In this document: in pieces, positions 37,582-50,199 of the stretch
Position numbering within the stretch: position 1 is the first letter of the stretch
How the letters are laid out: every line of letters begins with the position of its first letter
Assembly (NCBI RefSeq): GCF_006345805.1
Contig: NW_021833892.1
Span: forward strand, 62,001-126,000
DNA length: 64,000 bases
DNA from: Octopus sinensis
Lineage: Eukaryota
Direction of reading: 5' to 3'
The notes under the pieces: generated by a model
The model's input: the letters and a program-made list of their open reading frames with translations, nothing else
What the model was told of the DNA's origin: nothing
The model's database searches: none
Position numbers and translations under genes: made by a program

Positions 37582-40190
37582 CGTTAAGAAAAGGCGACGC
37601 AATCTCCCCTCCTGACATCTCGCTGTGTACTCCAATTCTGGCCCCTGTTACTTCTTGGAAGGTTATTTACGACCTAAATTCTGACCACAACCTAATTATT
37701 ATTGAGAATGCCCTAAAATCCAACATCGACATTCAACGCCGTTGTTATACAAATTACAAAAGAGCTTCCTGGGACGATTACCGTCTCGCTCTAGAAAAAT
37801 CACTGAATGATTTCAAAATTATCAACTTTCGTTTGACTGACGCAGCAGTTAATTATCTAAATGCACTTATCATCTCCACCCCCAAAAAATTCATTCCTCA
37901 ACTAATTATAAACAATTTCTCCCAAGTTACAGTCTCGCAATGGATTAAAAACTCCGAAAACTCCCCTGAAACTAGCCCTGACAACATTTCAATCTATCAT
38001 CTCAAAAGATTAGGCCCTAATGCTATCAAAGCAAGTCTTTATTTTCAACAATTCTGTTGCGAAAAACGAAATACCATTCTTCTGGAAGAAATAATGTATC
38101 ATCCCATCGATCAAACCAAACAAACCGGCTGGCATTCCAAGTTCCTACCGCTTAATCTCTCTTCTGTGTACGCTAGCTAAAATCCTTGAAAGACTAATTC
38201 TTGCCCGAATATCCAATATTTGCCAACTTCCCATACTCAACATTGTTTAAAAAACCACTTCACTCAACAACTATTCACTTAACAACACTTTCGCAATTTG
38301 TCCTTGACGGATTCAATGAGAAGAGACCCTAAAAACGAACAGTACTAGTTTCGATCGATGTTTCAAAGGCGTTTGACAGCGTCCCTCGTGTGGACTGATC
38401 AACAAAATTTTAAAGACAGACCTAAACTCAAACCTCAAATCCTGGATACGTCTCCCTTATGGACCACTGTTCAAAACAACGCTATCTTCCAAATGGGGTA
38501 CCGCAGGGTTCTGTGTTGTCTCTGTCCCTGTTCAACTTATATTTACATGACTTCCGGCTAATGACGCAAGGAACTTGACATTATCTTACGCAGATGACAC
38601 TATCATTGCTTCTAAACACGCAGATTACATATCAACATCCAGCAACAAACTATACTCCGTTGAAAATTGGTTCATTGAGAACAGACTTAGGCTTCGCCCT
38701 CGAAATCATCGGTCACCTTATTTTCTTCCGACAAAAGACAATCAAACTTTCACCCGAAGTTATCCTTCTTTGGTTCTGACCTTGCGTTATGCAAAAACCC
38801 TACTAGTGAAGCCTATGCTCTTATATAACGCCGGAACTTGAGGACTTTCTGTTACAGACAATGACAACCTAGACTCATTCCATAGAGATCACCTCCGACG
38901 TACTCTAGCCTCCAAGTGGCATTCAAGGCTGAGTAGCAGAACAGTTTATGCCAGAACATCAAGCAAACCAATACGCTCGAAATTACCGAATGCAGATGGA
39001 GGCTGTTTGGACACATTCTAAGGATGGATTTGGATGCTCCGGCAAACGCCGCTATGGAGGACTATTTCGAAGCTGGGGGCCATCGTTTCCGTGGGCGACT
39101 AAGAAATACTCTCCCGGGTATGCTAGACCTAAAGAGGGCTGATAAAGAATTGAAGGACGGGGACGATCTCGATGCACTACTGGACGTCGCCCAAGATCGC
39201 GGAAAATAAAATAAACTAATTACTCTTATTGTTTCCTGTGCTACACAAGCTTTGTCATGATCCATGGCATCGCAAAAGTGCCTATTATAATAATAAAAAC
39301 CCTTCTATCCTCGGACTTACTTTTGATCCAACTATGTCCTTCAACAAGCATGTCTCTAGCATTTCTGACAAGCAAACAGACCCACAAACATACAAAAAGC
39401 AATAAGTGGTCACATTACAGGTGCCCAAAAGCCACTCCTCAAACGAGTTTCCAAACAATACATACGCCCCGTATTAAGTTATGCAAGTCCAAGCTGGGCC
39501 CCTTGCCTATTTACAAGCTCGACAATGTCACTTCAATCAGTACAAAACAAGGCTATGCGCACAATATCTGAGTGTCTGAAATCAACCCCAATTGATAACC
39601 TCCACTGTGAAAAAAACCTTTTGCCAATTGAAGATCATCTAAATATGAGAGGAGCGCAATTTATATTTGCATCTCGAATTCCATATTATATATGTTCTGC
39701 TCTATATGTGCTAAACGGCAATTCTCGTTCAATGAAGAACACGCCAGCAAATCTATATTCCCGGATCCTTGCTAAAATTGATGGCCTGCACCAATGTCTA
39801 TATCCAATGAAGAGAATTCGCGACTTGATATATACGTCAGCAATTCTTAAGCTGACGCCGAACCCCGTACTCGATAAACCTCCTCCTGACGTTCACTTTT
39901 CTAAATAGCTTCTCGACCGTTCGGCTCAGACAAACTTGGCTCGTTTCCGTTCTGGCCATCACTCCTCATTAAATCAATATACACATAGAATGGACCCTTT
40001 TGTCCCATTTGCTGTGCTGACAAACACATAACTGCTCATCTATTCCGTTGTCCTGGTTTTCTTTCGCTCCGCAAAAAATTTTCATTCACTCCCCGGAGGT
40101 CCTATGAGAACAACCTGGAGAGCGCTGTTGTTTTTGCAAGCTGCTGGTCTCATAATCTAATGTGAGATCGGGGTTACGCAACAACAACAA
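37582..40190 (+). mobile_element. 5'-truncated, decayed APE-type LINE (I/Jockey-like) with (CAA)n tail
   Basis: PDISLCT..SDHNLI, IDVSKAFD, LSYADD, ILGLTFD, LARFRSGH; tail 40179-40190; likely TSD AAGTCTTAC(C) at 33533 (or 33574) and 40189. Confidence 0.85.
38802..39294 (+). mobile_element. 5'-truncated RTE-clade LINE nested in the LINE RT
   Basis: 9-bp TSD AAAAACCCT (38793-38801, 39295-39303); (TAA)n tail; RWRLFGHILR..FRGR; homologous to the C-terminus of 61674-63869. Confidence 0.88.
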
Positions 40191-40735
40191 GTCTTACCTT
40201 GGTCCTTTGGTCAATAAAATGTCTTATGTCGATTCTATGCAAAAGATAGCCCAGCATTTATAATTTTTGGTTATCTAGAAAAATCCAGATTCGGAGGTAT
40301 CCTGTAGTTAAGTTTCGATTCTTCCAAGAATTTTTTAAGTTTATCTATTGTAGATTCAAAGTCTCACTCAAATTTGTCCCTAGTAAATACAATTTTTTTT
40401 GTTTTTCTACGGGAAGTGTATTTAGAGACTTTTAATTTCGTTTCTTTCAAATTCATGTGACTCGATATTAATAAGACCTGTATAACAATTGTACAACGAT
40501 ACTCCAATTTTTTTGATCGAATTATTAATTGAATCTAGATTTTAATTTGCATAGATGTACTTCAAAAATTTTATTTATAACCTATGTTAATATGCAACTA
40601 TCCAAATCATAGTTTCTAGCACATCCAAATATCCTTCAAGATCATTAAAAAATCGAGCTTTGTGTGCAAAAGACTTTTGAATCAATTAAAAACAAGCACT
40701 AGAATTATTACAGTTTGAACGGATTTAAAAATAAC

Positions 40736-40807
40736 GGGGATGTGGTCTAATGGTATGACGTCTGCTTTGCATGCTGAAGGTCCTGGGTTCGATTCCCAGC
40801 ATCTCCA
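40736..40807 (+). tRNA. tRNA-Ala(UGC)
   Basis: Acceptor GGGGATG/CATCTCC with G3:U70; loop TT-TGC-AT; T-arm CTGGG-TTCGATT-CCCAG; discriminator A. Confidence 0.85.
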
Positions 40808-42097
40808 ATTTTTAATTAAATATTTTTTAATTATAAAGAAAATTTAGTTTACCCGAAGAACAAAAAGAGATTATATTTTCAACAATTTCTCTTTTAAGTG
40901 ATCGTATGAATCTCTGATTCCTTACAGACTTAAAAAACTTAAGTGGTTTCTGAAAAGAAGCTTCTCGATTCTGAATAAAACTGATCTAGTCGTTCGTTAA
41001 AAAGTACATAAAACACAAATCTATTTGATGAATTAGTTTTACTTTAAACAACTTGTGGTCTTCATTCCATCCTATACAAAAGTGGTACGGAGGATTTTGT
41101 GAATGTTAAAAACCCTAGTTACTCCCTTGTTGGCCAAGACCGTAAAGACGGGGGAGAGAAAGAACATTTTGAGTGAACTGTCTTTTATCAGCAACGGTAT
41201 TTTTGTGCTTGTATGTGGTAAGCGCAATAGTCCAGAGAATGTGGTCCATGGAGTTGCTCGATCCATTGCTCATTTGAATACTTACTATAATGCTCCTATT
41301 CAATATTAATATCAAATTCTCCATTCTTTTTGTGCATCGAAATTTTATTTTTGTCAACCAACAAAAAAATGATTATCAGCCACTCCTGACAACTATTAAT
41401 AAATTAGATAGGCTCGACTACCTCTTCTTAATTAATCTTGAATATTTGATCGAATGATACAAAAAGGGATTTCTTTACTCCCCGGATCAACGATGTCCAA
41501 GCAGATACATAATCACATTTCCACTCAGGCCATCAGATCACTTAAACAAAATAAGCTACTAGACTCTGCTTCAAATTTATAATTACAAACTTCAAATGTC
41601 ATTTTTAATTGACAAATTGACTTGAAAATGGTATAGACTCTGCACCTCCTCTTAAATCCGAATCCAGCAAGTATGGAGTTGGATGCAGCACTGTATCAGA
41701 CATACGTAAAAAGGCTGATTTTTATTTAGAATTTGGAATTATTCATTGTCACGAGTTGGATAATATCCCTTTCAACGTTATTTTACAAAAATAAAGAATT
41801 GTTTCGGTTATCTTATTTTACAAGTTGCAAATAATTGATTAAATATATATTTCAAAAATGATTTTGCTTAAACTTACTAAAAATGAACTTGAGGAAATTA
41901 AAAAATTCAATTGGATGTACTTTTTATTGACCGATTGGAGAAATCCAAAAAAATAAAACAAATTATCAAAACAGTTAATTTTTGAATATGAATACATAGT
42001 ATTTATAAAATACAAAAACCAGAAGAAATAGTATATCTAAAATACAAAAACCAATGTCCCTACGTATGGTATTTGATAACCACTTTGTTCCCAAGTA

Positions 42098-42925
42098 CAG
42101 TTTACCCTCTATTGCTCGCCAATTCTATTGCTCGCCATTTCTATAACTCGCCACTTTTTTGGAAAAAATGCCATTTTTACTAAGGAAATTCCATTGCTCG
42201 CCAAATTCTCTTACTCGCCACGTTTTAGTATTAAAAAATTAAAATTTATTATTAAAAAAATAATTTTTTCAAATATTTATACCGCGTGTTTTTTTTGTAA
42301 CATGAGGAAGTGCTCAAGATTATCTTATGATCAAAAAAGAGAAATTATAAATTATCTTATTGATAATTCTTCTCTAAGTCTAAGGCGTGTTTCAAAAATT
42401 TTTTCGTCGCGTTTAAAAAAATCAATTTCGAGACGTGCAATTAACGATCTTAAATTGAACAAACAGAAGATTCTTGGAATTAATCCAATTTATGGGAGAA
42501 GTTCTCGTTTTTCGAAACTTAGATATTCAGCAATTGATTCTGAAATCATTGCCTGGATAGATTACATGGAATCTATTGGAGTTTGCCTCAATGATGAGAT
42601 AATTTTGTCGAAAGCAACTGAAATTGCTGTGTTAAACGGTCTCTTCGAATTTAAAGCCAGTAAAGGATGGCTTGAAAAGTTCAAAAAAAGGCACAATGTA
42701 AAACTAAGAATTTTTCATGGTGAATTGGGATATACTGCGGATGAGTTCAAAGACCAAATCGAAGACTTTAAAAAAATTATCTCTTCTAAAATAAATGAAT
42801 ATGGTTCAGAAAATGTTTATAATGCCGACGAAACCTGCGTATTTTACAAGACCATTCCATCAAAAAGTGTCTGCAGGAAACTTTGACCAGGACAAAATTA
42901 CTTAAAGATAGGTTTAACATTTTTA
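42098..42925 (+). mobile_element. pogo/Tigger-like transposon, 5' part only
   Basis: TA then CAGTTTACCCTCT with repeated (T)GCTCGCCA/ACTCGCCA motifs; ORF from ATG 42302 with CENP-B-like HTH (FKASKGWLEKFKKRHN) and YNADET. Confidence 0.85.
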
Positions 42926-42929
42926 GCCA

Positions 42930-43800
42930 ATTTTCAGTGCCTTCTGCAAGATAGAAATTTGTTTTTTGCAAACACGAGGCCGTTATGCAATCATTGTAAA
43001 AAAAAGTAAACAAACTGTTGATCATCTGGCCACTCAGTGTGGTAAAATGCTCAATAGCGATTATCTCCGAAGACATGACGAGGTGGTTAAATGTGTCCAT
43101 CTTCATATTTGTCGAATGTATGGAATCAAAAAGAACAGGAAATTAAAGACTCATTCAGTTCAGTCGATATTGTCAACTCAAAATGTAGAAATTAAAGTTG
43201 ACACGTCAATTATAACAGAAAATAAAGTCAACTTCAATAAACCGGATATCTTTGTTTATGACAAGATTAAAAAGGAAATAACCTTAATCGAGGTGGGCAT
43301 AACATCTCAGGACCGCTTAAAACAAGTGGAAGTTGAGAAACTTCACAAATATGATTTCCTTGCAAATGAACTATCACTACTCTACGAATGCCAAGTTAAA
43401 ATTATTCCCGTGGTTCTGACCTGGGATGGTGTTGTCACAAGATGCTTCAAAAATTATATGGATAAACTATATATTGAAAAATCTACAATGACATACATCC
43501 AATCGGTTGTGCTCAAAAGGACGCTAGAGAGCATGATAATTGAACACAAGCATGGAATGAAGATAACTGGCGAGGAATATGCCTCTGCGACCGATCAACT
43601 AGTAGAAATGGCATGCCGCCAGGACACTCCATTCAAAGATAAAAGACGCACAACAACTGACGCAGAGATAGAGAATGAAGAGGAACAAGCAGCAGACTCT
43701 TCTCCTAAAAGGAGAAGAGAGACTACCAATCAGGATTGAAAATCCTAATTAAATATCTTAACCTTAATTAAATTTTGGTTTAATAAATTATTAATTATAT
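42930..43800 (+). mobile_element. RLE non-LTR retrotransposon 3' part (R2/R4/NeSL-like architecture)
   Basis: LLQDRNLFF, VDHLATQC..DYLRRHDEV, KPDIFV..TLIEVGIT..EKLHKY; stop 43739. Confidence 0.88.
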
Positions 43801-43814
43801 TATTTAGTATTTAG

Positions 43815-45120
43815 TTGTTGTGGTGTGTGCATGTACGTTTCCAAGCAGTTAAGGAAAACGAAACCTACGGGCCTTCCTGCAAATAAAAAGAACTTAAAAA
43901 AGACAGGACCGTCGCCTATGGGACCTCACAATGCCACAAGAGCTAATGGTGTTAAAGAAGATCTTGTTGGTGATGCTGCCAAAACTAACTTGCATTCTCT
44001 TTCTGCGATCATCGGAAATGTCAATGGTGTCTCTGAAGGCGAATGGGTGTCTCAGATTGCCCTTGCCGCGAAGCAAAGACTTGGAAGGATGCCAAGAGGT
44101 GGTTGGAACCTTGTCCTGGAGAAGTTCAATGAGAAGTACTCGGCAAAGTGCTCCAGTTTATGCCAACTAAAGAGCATGGCTAGACGGAATAACAATGTGC
44201 AAGGGAGATGCGACTCTTTCAGAGTGCAAGATGATGTGGACGTAGAAATTTCCAGTTTCAGAAATTGCCTAGAGGAACTCAAATTCCAAATTGGGAAAGT
44301 TCAGTCTATTCAGAGAGACTCTCGAAAGCCAACTCCAAAGGTGCAACGAAGGATGGTAAAAACTGATATCCTGGCTGGATTAAATTCTGCAATTTATCAT
44401 ATTACAAAAGATGATCCGCCCCAAGATATTAATCAAATTACCGATATTTTATATGCTGCACAGTGTGCTTATTTGGTCTTAACTACGAGAGCCAGACCAC
44501 AGAGCACATGGTTGGAGAACACGGAAAGAAAAATCTCTAAATTAGCAGATGAAATTGACACAGTTCGTTCCTTCTCCAAACAAACCTTGCCTCAGGCAGA
44601 AAAGCAAAAGGCAATGGATGTTCTCTGCCGCTACGGATATAAGAAGTCTAAGAAGGGGGAGCTAACCAGAATTGAGACTCTATTGAATGATCTAATTAGA
44701 ATCAAAAAGAAACAGATATCTATCCATTCCTCGAGGAAAAATTTCCGGAAAGACAATGCGTGTTTTGAATTAAACCGCAGAAGATTTTATCGAAACTTAT
44801 CTTCGAGCACCGAAGCCACCCTGTATGGGTTTGGTGATGGTGAGTGCTTATCATTTTGGGAAGATGTCTGGAGCAAGAAAAATATGGGGCCCGTAGTTTA
44901 TGATTTTGTGGGTGTGAGGTGTACTGGCGCTGAAACCATGCGACCTCAATTCACAAGTGATTTTATTATGGATATGCTCAAATATGCATCTGACTGGAAG
45001 GCATGCGGATGCGACGGAACGTATAACTTTTTCTTAAAAAAGATGGATTCTTTGCATGGGTTTCTGTGTAAAGAGATAGTCCGAATAATTAATGGAGAGT
45101 ACACGCCTGATAGCTGGTCA
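43815..45120 (+). mobile_element. N-terminal part of an RLE-type retrotransposon ORF, cut at the start of RT
   Basis: 436-aa open frame with FELNRRRFYRNL, FWEDVW, WKACGCDGTYNFFLKK. Confidence 0.75.
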
Positions 45121-45819
45121 ACATACTGCCGTTAAATTGCTTGAAGAAATATGGAAAGAAGAGAATTAAAAAAACAGATTAATTCAAAATTAAAGTTATT
45201 TTTATAATTTTTTTATTCTTGATTTGCTAATTTTAATTTCTTCCCCGGTTTCTAAATCGTTAATTTTAGCGCATAACCCTAACCCTAGATTTTCCGACTC
45301 AATTTTTAGTATCCTAACCATCAGACAAGAAAACGGAAACGTTTAATGATAAAACAATAATAATAAATTAAAATAAATAAATATTTTTTTAATTAATTCA
45401 GTAAGATTTTCGGTTAAATTAATAAAAATCATAAGTTTAACAAATGATTAAAGATGATTAATGTAGATCATCACCCCGGACGATATAAACTGCCCGGACG
45501 ATATAAGACACGACAATAAATAATAAATATTTTTAAAAATTTCATATTGTCTTCAAGTACACTTCATCAATGCAGTTTTCTCCTCGTCACACGACGTAGC
45601 AAAATTTTCCTGCCAACTTCTTAAATGAATATTATTTTCTAGTAGTGTCCTCAGTTAGTGTTTTTTAATGTCAAATTGCTCCTTGTCAAATCGAACGTCA
45701 ACAAGCTCTAGCATGATAGTTCGGGTTAACTACGACTTTCAGTTGCTATTTTCAAAAAGTTTGTCCTCCCGATCTTCGGGATGGGCTTATTGAGGCAAAT
45801 AATAAAGTAACATTTATAA

Positions 45820-45850
45820 CAGTGGTTCTCAAACTTTTTCCCTGCATCTA
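45820..45850. mobile_element. Orphan hAT (Charlie-like) TIR
   Basis: CAGTGGTTCTCAAACT; no partner seen. Confidence 0.4.
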
Positions 45851-46489
45851 AATAATTATCTGCGTACAATTTATCGATTTTAAAAAATTAAGAAAAAAAA
45901 TATTAAATTAATGAGATAGATGGTGTTAAAATAATTTTACAGACAGAACTTTTATTTTAGTAAGACCTAATAATAATTAACCAAAAAATAACTTGTTTTT
46001 TATGTTTTGGGATAAATTATATATTATTCTATTAATTTTATTATTTGATCATGGAATTTTTCGACCGAAATTCCCCAATTTATTTCCAGAGAGTTATTGA
46101 CAAATCTCTTAATGCACGGTATAATAAAATTCTCGACAATTGTATGAGTTTTGTTTGCTTTTGATATGAAATCATGTAGGAGTGCTCAGAATAATAAAAA
46201 AAAATAAATCAATTTTCTAAGTGCATTGATTATTATTAAATCAACTTATACATGCACTAATGTAGTCATGAGATCATCGTGTAATCATTGCAAGAAAAAT
46301 TGTTGACTGTTTGGTTCAGTGAATATTAATAACAAGAAAATTAAAAAACGTTTGGATCAGTCAATACTGTCAATAAAAAATGTTGAAATTAAACTGATTC
46401 GTTGATTGTTTTGAAACAAAGGTCCAGTTCAATAAACTAGACATTTTTGTTCACAACAAATTACAAATGATATTAACTTAATTTTTTTT

Positions 46490-46785
46490 TAATTAACAAT
46501 AATTGATTAAAAGACAACGAAAAACGTTAAGTCCCAGCGGCAAGGACGCAGTGTGCGTTGCCCCGAACAATGGCCAGGCCGATGCGCTGGCGGAACCAGA
46601 GGCCCTCTCTGGTGTCCTTGAGCCTCCTCCGATGGACTGCCCGACCTCGTTGAGGAAAGAGTCAGTCTCCTTTCCCGCAGCTCCAGCGGTCTCCAGGGCG
46701 ATTGCCGTAACGCGGTAGCGGTTTGCGAGCGAAGAATATTTTTGTAGTTTCATCTTTCGGCGTGGTTTGCAGCCGAACAAGGGTT
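46490..46785 (-). mobile_element. CRE 3' fragment
   Basis: KLQKYSSLANRYRVTAIALETAG..; shifted frame RQRIGLAIVRGN. Confidence 0.8.
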
Positions 46786-47429
46786 TGCGGCGGAAGAATG
46801 GATCCTCGATTTGTTAAAGAGTACGCCTCTACTACTGACAAACTTATGGAATTACCACTCTTTCTAAAAAGGTGGTAACTAAAGAATAATTAGATAGGTT
46901 CAAAAAATTTGATTAAATAAGGTTTTTTTAGTTTCTAATTGTTTCCTTAAAGTATGATTTTTAGAACATTCAACAAATGATGTTTATAAACAAAAACTTT
47001 AAATAAATTCTCTATTTCTGCAGTGAAATTTACATGATTGCTAGTGTCTTAAACCTCTTTCGGCACCACAGCGACCAGTAAGGAAGATGAAATTCACAGT
47101 CAGATTTTGTTTTTTCCTATGTCTTGCACAGTCCCTGGACGTTTTTTTAATATTTTTTGTTTGTTATTTTTCCTGGCTATGTCCATAGGATATGTATTCT
47201 CGCTTGCACAATAATCAAGCATGCTGGTTAACAACACCTAAAAATTATTAACAAATTAGTCCATATTTAAAATAGAGACTGCTAGTTAGGTCTTTTTAAG
47301 TCTCTCCCGAATGGAGACTTTAGTAGTGCCTAAGGATATGGGGCCTTTTAGCAGTATATTGAGAATATCTCTTTAATGACTTGTATGTGGGAAAATTAAT
47401 ATTGATTGAAAAAAGAGTTATAAAATAGC

Positions 47430-48317
47430 TAATGGCCTCTTGGCCAGCCTCGTGAATAGCAAAGCCATTCCCGCGGATCACGGCGGAGTCCCAAATAAGG
47501 GATTTCCCCTGCTCGTAAGGAAAGGTGGTCATGCCGTCTGGGCGTTTTCCGTCTCCTCTATCCAGCCCAACCGTCTCGAGGATTGACGGAACACCCGCGG
47601 AAGCGAGGGGTCTCTAAATGATTGCGTTGAGTTTACTGTGGCGAAAGGCATGACCGGCACTCCAACGGCAAACGAGAAAGTGCAAACCGTACTCGTCAAC
47701 AGTTCCTCCACAGCGGCATTTGTGCGCCTGACAGATCTTCAGCCCGACACGGAGGGGAGATTGCTATTCTTAAACAATCGTTGTCCAACAGATTCCCGAT
47801 GGAAAGGAGAGGGAGAGCTTTTAACCAAGCACCGCTGCTTTGACAGTGACCTGCACGTAAGAAAGCGAGTCGATGTTGGTTAGAGACAGAGGCCAGGGCT
47901 TCGATAGTCGCCTGACAAGAGATCTCTTCCCACTGCTCCTGAATAGATGGAGAATTGGGCAGTCTCGGACCAGACCGGGCTTCTCACCGACCATAAGCAG
48001 CCAAGTAATCTTCAGACAATTTCTGTTCGAAAAGGTTTCTAAAAACGATGTCTAAGAAAGAACGAGAAGCTGACTGAGCGGATATGAATGCCGGAAGGGC
48101 CAGATCAGAATAAGATCTCATGCCAAGGCCGCCGAGGATCATCCTGCTGGACCCCGGGGGACAAAGAGACAGGAACGTCGTCGAACATAAGAATGATTGA
48201 GGAACCATATGAGAGATGCAGGAGAGGATATGCAAAAGGAACGAATTCGCGGCAGCGCTCTAGCAAGTGATCACGTCTGATGGAATTGAAAGCGTTCGAA
48301 ACGTCGAGTTTAACTTG
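47430..48317 (-). mobile_element. Internally deleted CRE fragment ending ~40 nt before the ODAD3 ATG
   Basis: KLDVSNAFNS, GVQQDDP, DLALPAFISA, DGKRPDGMTTFP..SLIWD. Confidence 0.85.
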
Positions 48318-48337
48318 TATATTATCACTAAAAAATT

Positions 48338-48350
48338 GTAGCCAAGCAAC
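48338..48350. promoter_or_regulatory. Candidate RFX X-box just upstream of ODAD3
   Basis: GTAGCCAAGCAAC fits GTNRCC-N-RGYAAC exactly. Confidence 0.5.
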
Positions 48351-48354
48351 AAGA

Positions 48355-50199
48355 ATGACACTCACTAAACAGGTAGGGAAAGGGCCCCTAATACTTCAAA
48401 TTGAAGAATTAAAGTCAAAGATAGCTCTTTTGGGTTAGTATTCATACAAAATACATTAGAGGGGAATAAAAAAATATCAACCGACAAAAGCGAGAATAAA
48501 ATCCACGAAAATGCAACAAAAATAATCCAACTAAGAAAGGAAATAATGCAACTTCGCAAAAACTACGCAGCCTCTCTATCAGTTGTGGAGATTTCACGAC
48601 TCCTAGTCTAATGAAAATGTGATCAATAAATGTTTTGAAAGCAGACCGGCGGAGAAGGAAGCACTACGAAACGAAACAGGACTTGTATGTTGGAAAGGAC
48701 TAACTCTACAGAACGCATACGAAATAATGGATGGCAAATTGTCCAATACAATCAAAAAATATAATCTTATTCGATATGAGACAGCAGTTCTTAATAAGCG
48801 AATCGAGCATCTCCAGAAAACACCAATAGCCTGTCAGTGGGTCACATCACCTGAGAGTACCCCCGCCGAGACGAAGGAGGCAGAGGTTAGTCAAACATTA
48901 CCACTGTCTAAGGAAATCTCCAGGATACAAAACAAAATGGATAAAGTGAGACTAAAAAACCACGAGGTTTACTGGGTGTCGGAAACATATGAAAAAGTCA
49001 GGAAAATTTTAGAAAAAGTTAATGTCCCTGACTCATCAGGCGGCTCTCCACTACCCGAATATGTTGGACGCGGAAGAAGAAACTCTGAAAAGGCTCCAAG
49101 AAGAATTAAAGAAACTCAAAGTCCTGCAGGAAGATGCACAAAAAGCTAAAATAATAGCAATGGAGGAACAGAATCGGACAGAACGTAAAGTCTTTGCTCT
49201 TCGAAAAAAGCGAGAAATCGAACTTCAAAAACTTAAAAAAGAAGCCGAGGACAAGACATTTGAGACCGAGCAACTGAACAGACTTGTAGTCGTGCCTTGA
49301 TGAGTTGTTTTCAGTCACAGAATGAAGCAGCAATCCCACAGGAAGACCCTTCGACGCAGCCTTTGAAGGACGAGAACAACAACAAAACCGCATTTTATGA
49401 TGAATTCCTTCGACAAATCAAGACTGCCATTTCCATAGGAGACACTAAGGATGCCGTCCTTCGATTTGAAAATCAACAAAAGACTAGAGAACAGCTGGAA
49501 AGAATAAAAGTCACAAACGACGAAAATTTGAAGCTTTTGGCTCGCGAGAAAGAAAATATTCAACAAAAATTTGAAATGATAAAATTTACTGGCGACATGA
49601 AAATAATTGAGTTGTTGGTTGGTCATCATTCCAGAAATTGGAAAGTAGTTAACGAACTGTCGGAACTACTCGAGGATGAGATTCAAACCAAAAATCTGCT
49701 AGAACTCGAATTTTTAGAGGATAGTCAGAATCTGGTGGAGATCAAGACCGGGATCGATAACCTATCGCAGAAACTATCTAATTTTTACAAAGTACACGCT
49801 CGATTCAAAAGGACAGGATGTTCCATTAGAAAATGAAGTAGAGGACGACTTACTCGGCTCATTGGCCACTATTAAGACCAAGGTCAAGATGCTCTATGAA
49901 GAACTCGAAGGCCAGAATTTGGAAAACTATCAAGATTTTGAGACAACACAAAATGTAGTCGACTTTATTTATTAAAGCAATTTGTGGATGATAAGTTTTT
50001 GGAGGAAGCCGGGGAGGCCATGACAGTTCCCCCGAGACAGGAAGCAGCATATGAAGGCAATTGATGATCATTAGGATTAGATAACCAAGAAAGTGGGGAG
50101 GATGAAGGAGTCCTCACAAGAGAGGAACTCAAGAAACAGGCTAGAATGCTTACAGAAACGAAAACATTCAAAAAAAGAAAAAATAATAAAAAGAGGTAG
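48355..50199 (+). CDS. ODAD3: Outer dynein arm docking complex subunit ODAD3/CCDC151, multi-exon coiled coil
   Basis: QIEELKSKIALL|EGNKK..IIQLRKE, NKMDKVRLKNHEV, LLAREKENIQQKFEMIKFTG follow the CCDC151 pattern; introns ~22-29 nt; TAG 50197-50199. Confidence 0.78.

Noticed and set aside
41070-41360. Possible decayed RTE-like RT C-terminus on the minus strand
   Set aside because: Weak pattern without catalytic motifs
45274-45287. TAACCCTAACCCTA as an interstitial telomere
   Set aside because: Only about two units; such motifs are common in MITE ends
45475-45506. CCCGGACGATATAA twice
   Set aside because: Two copies with a 4-nt gap; not CRISPR-like; probably a transposon subterminal repeat with no assignable end
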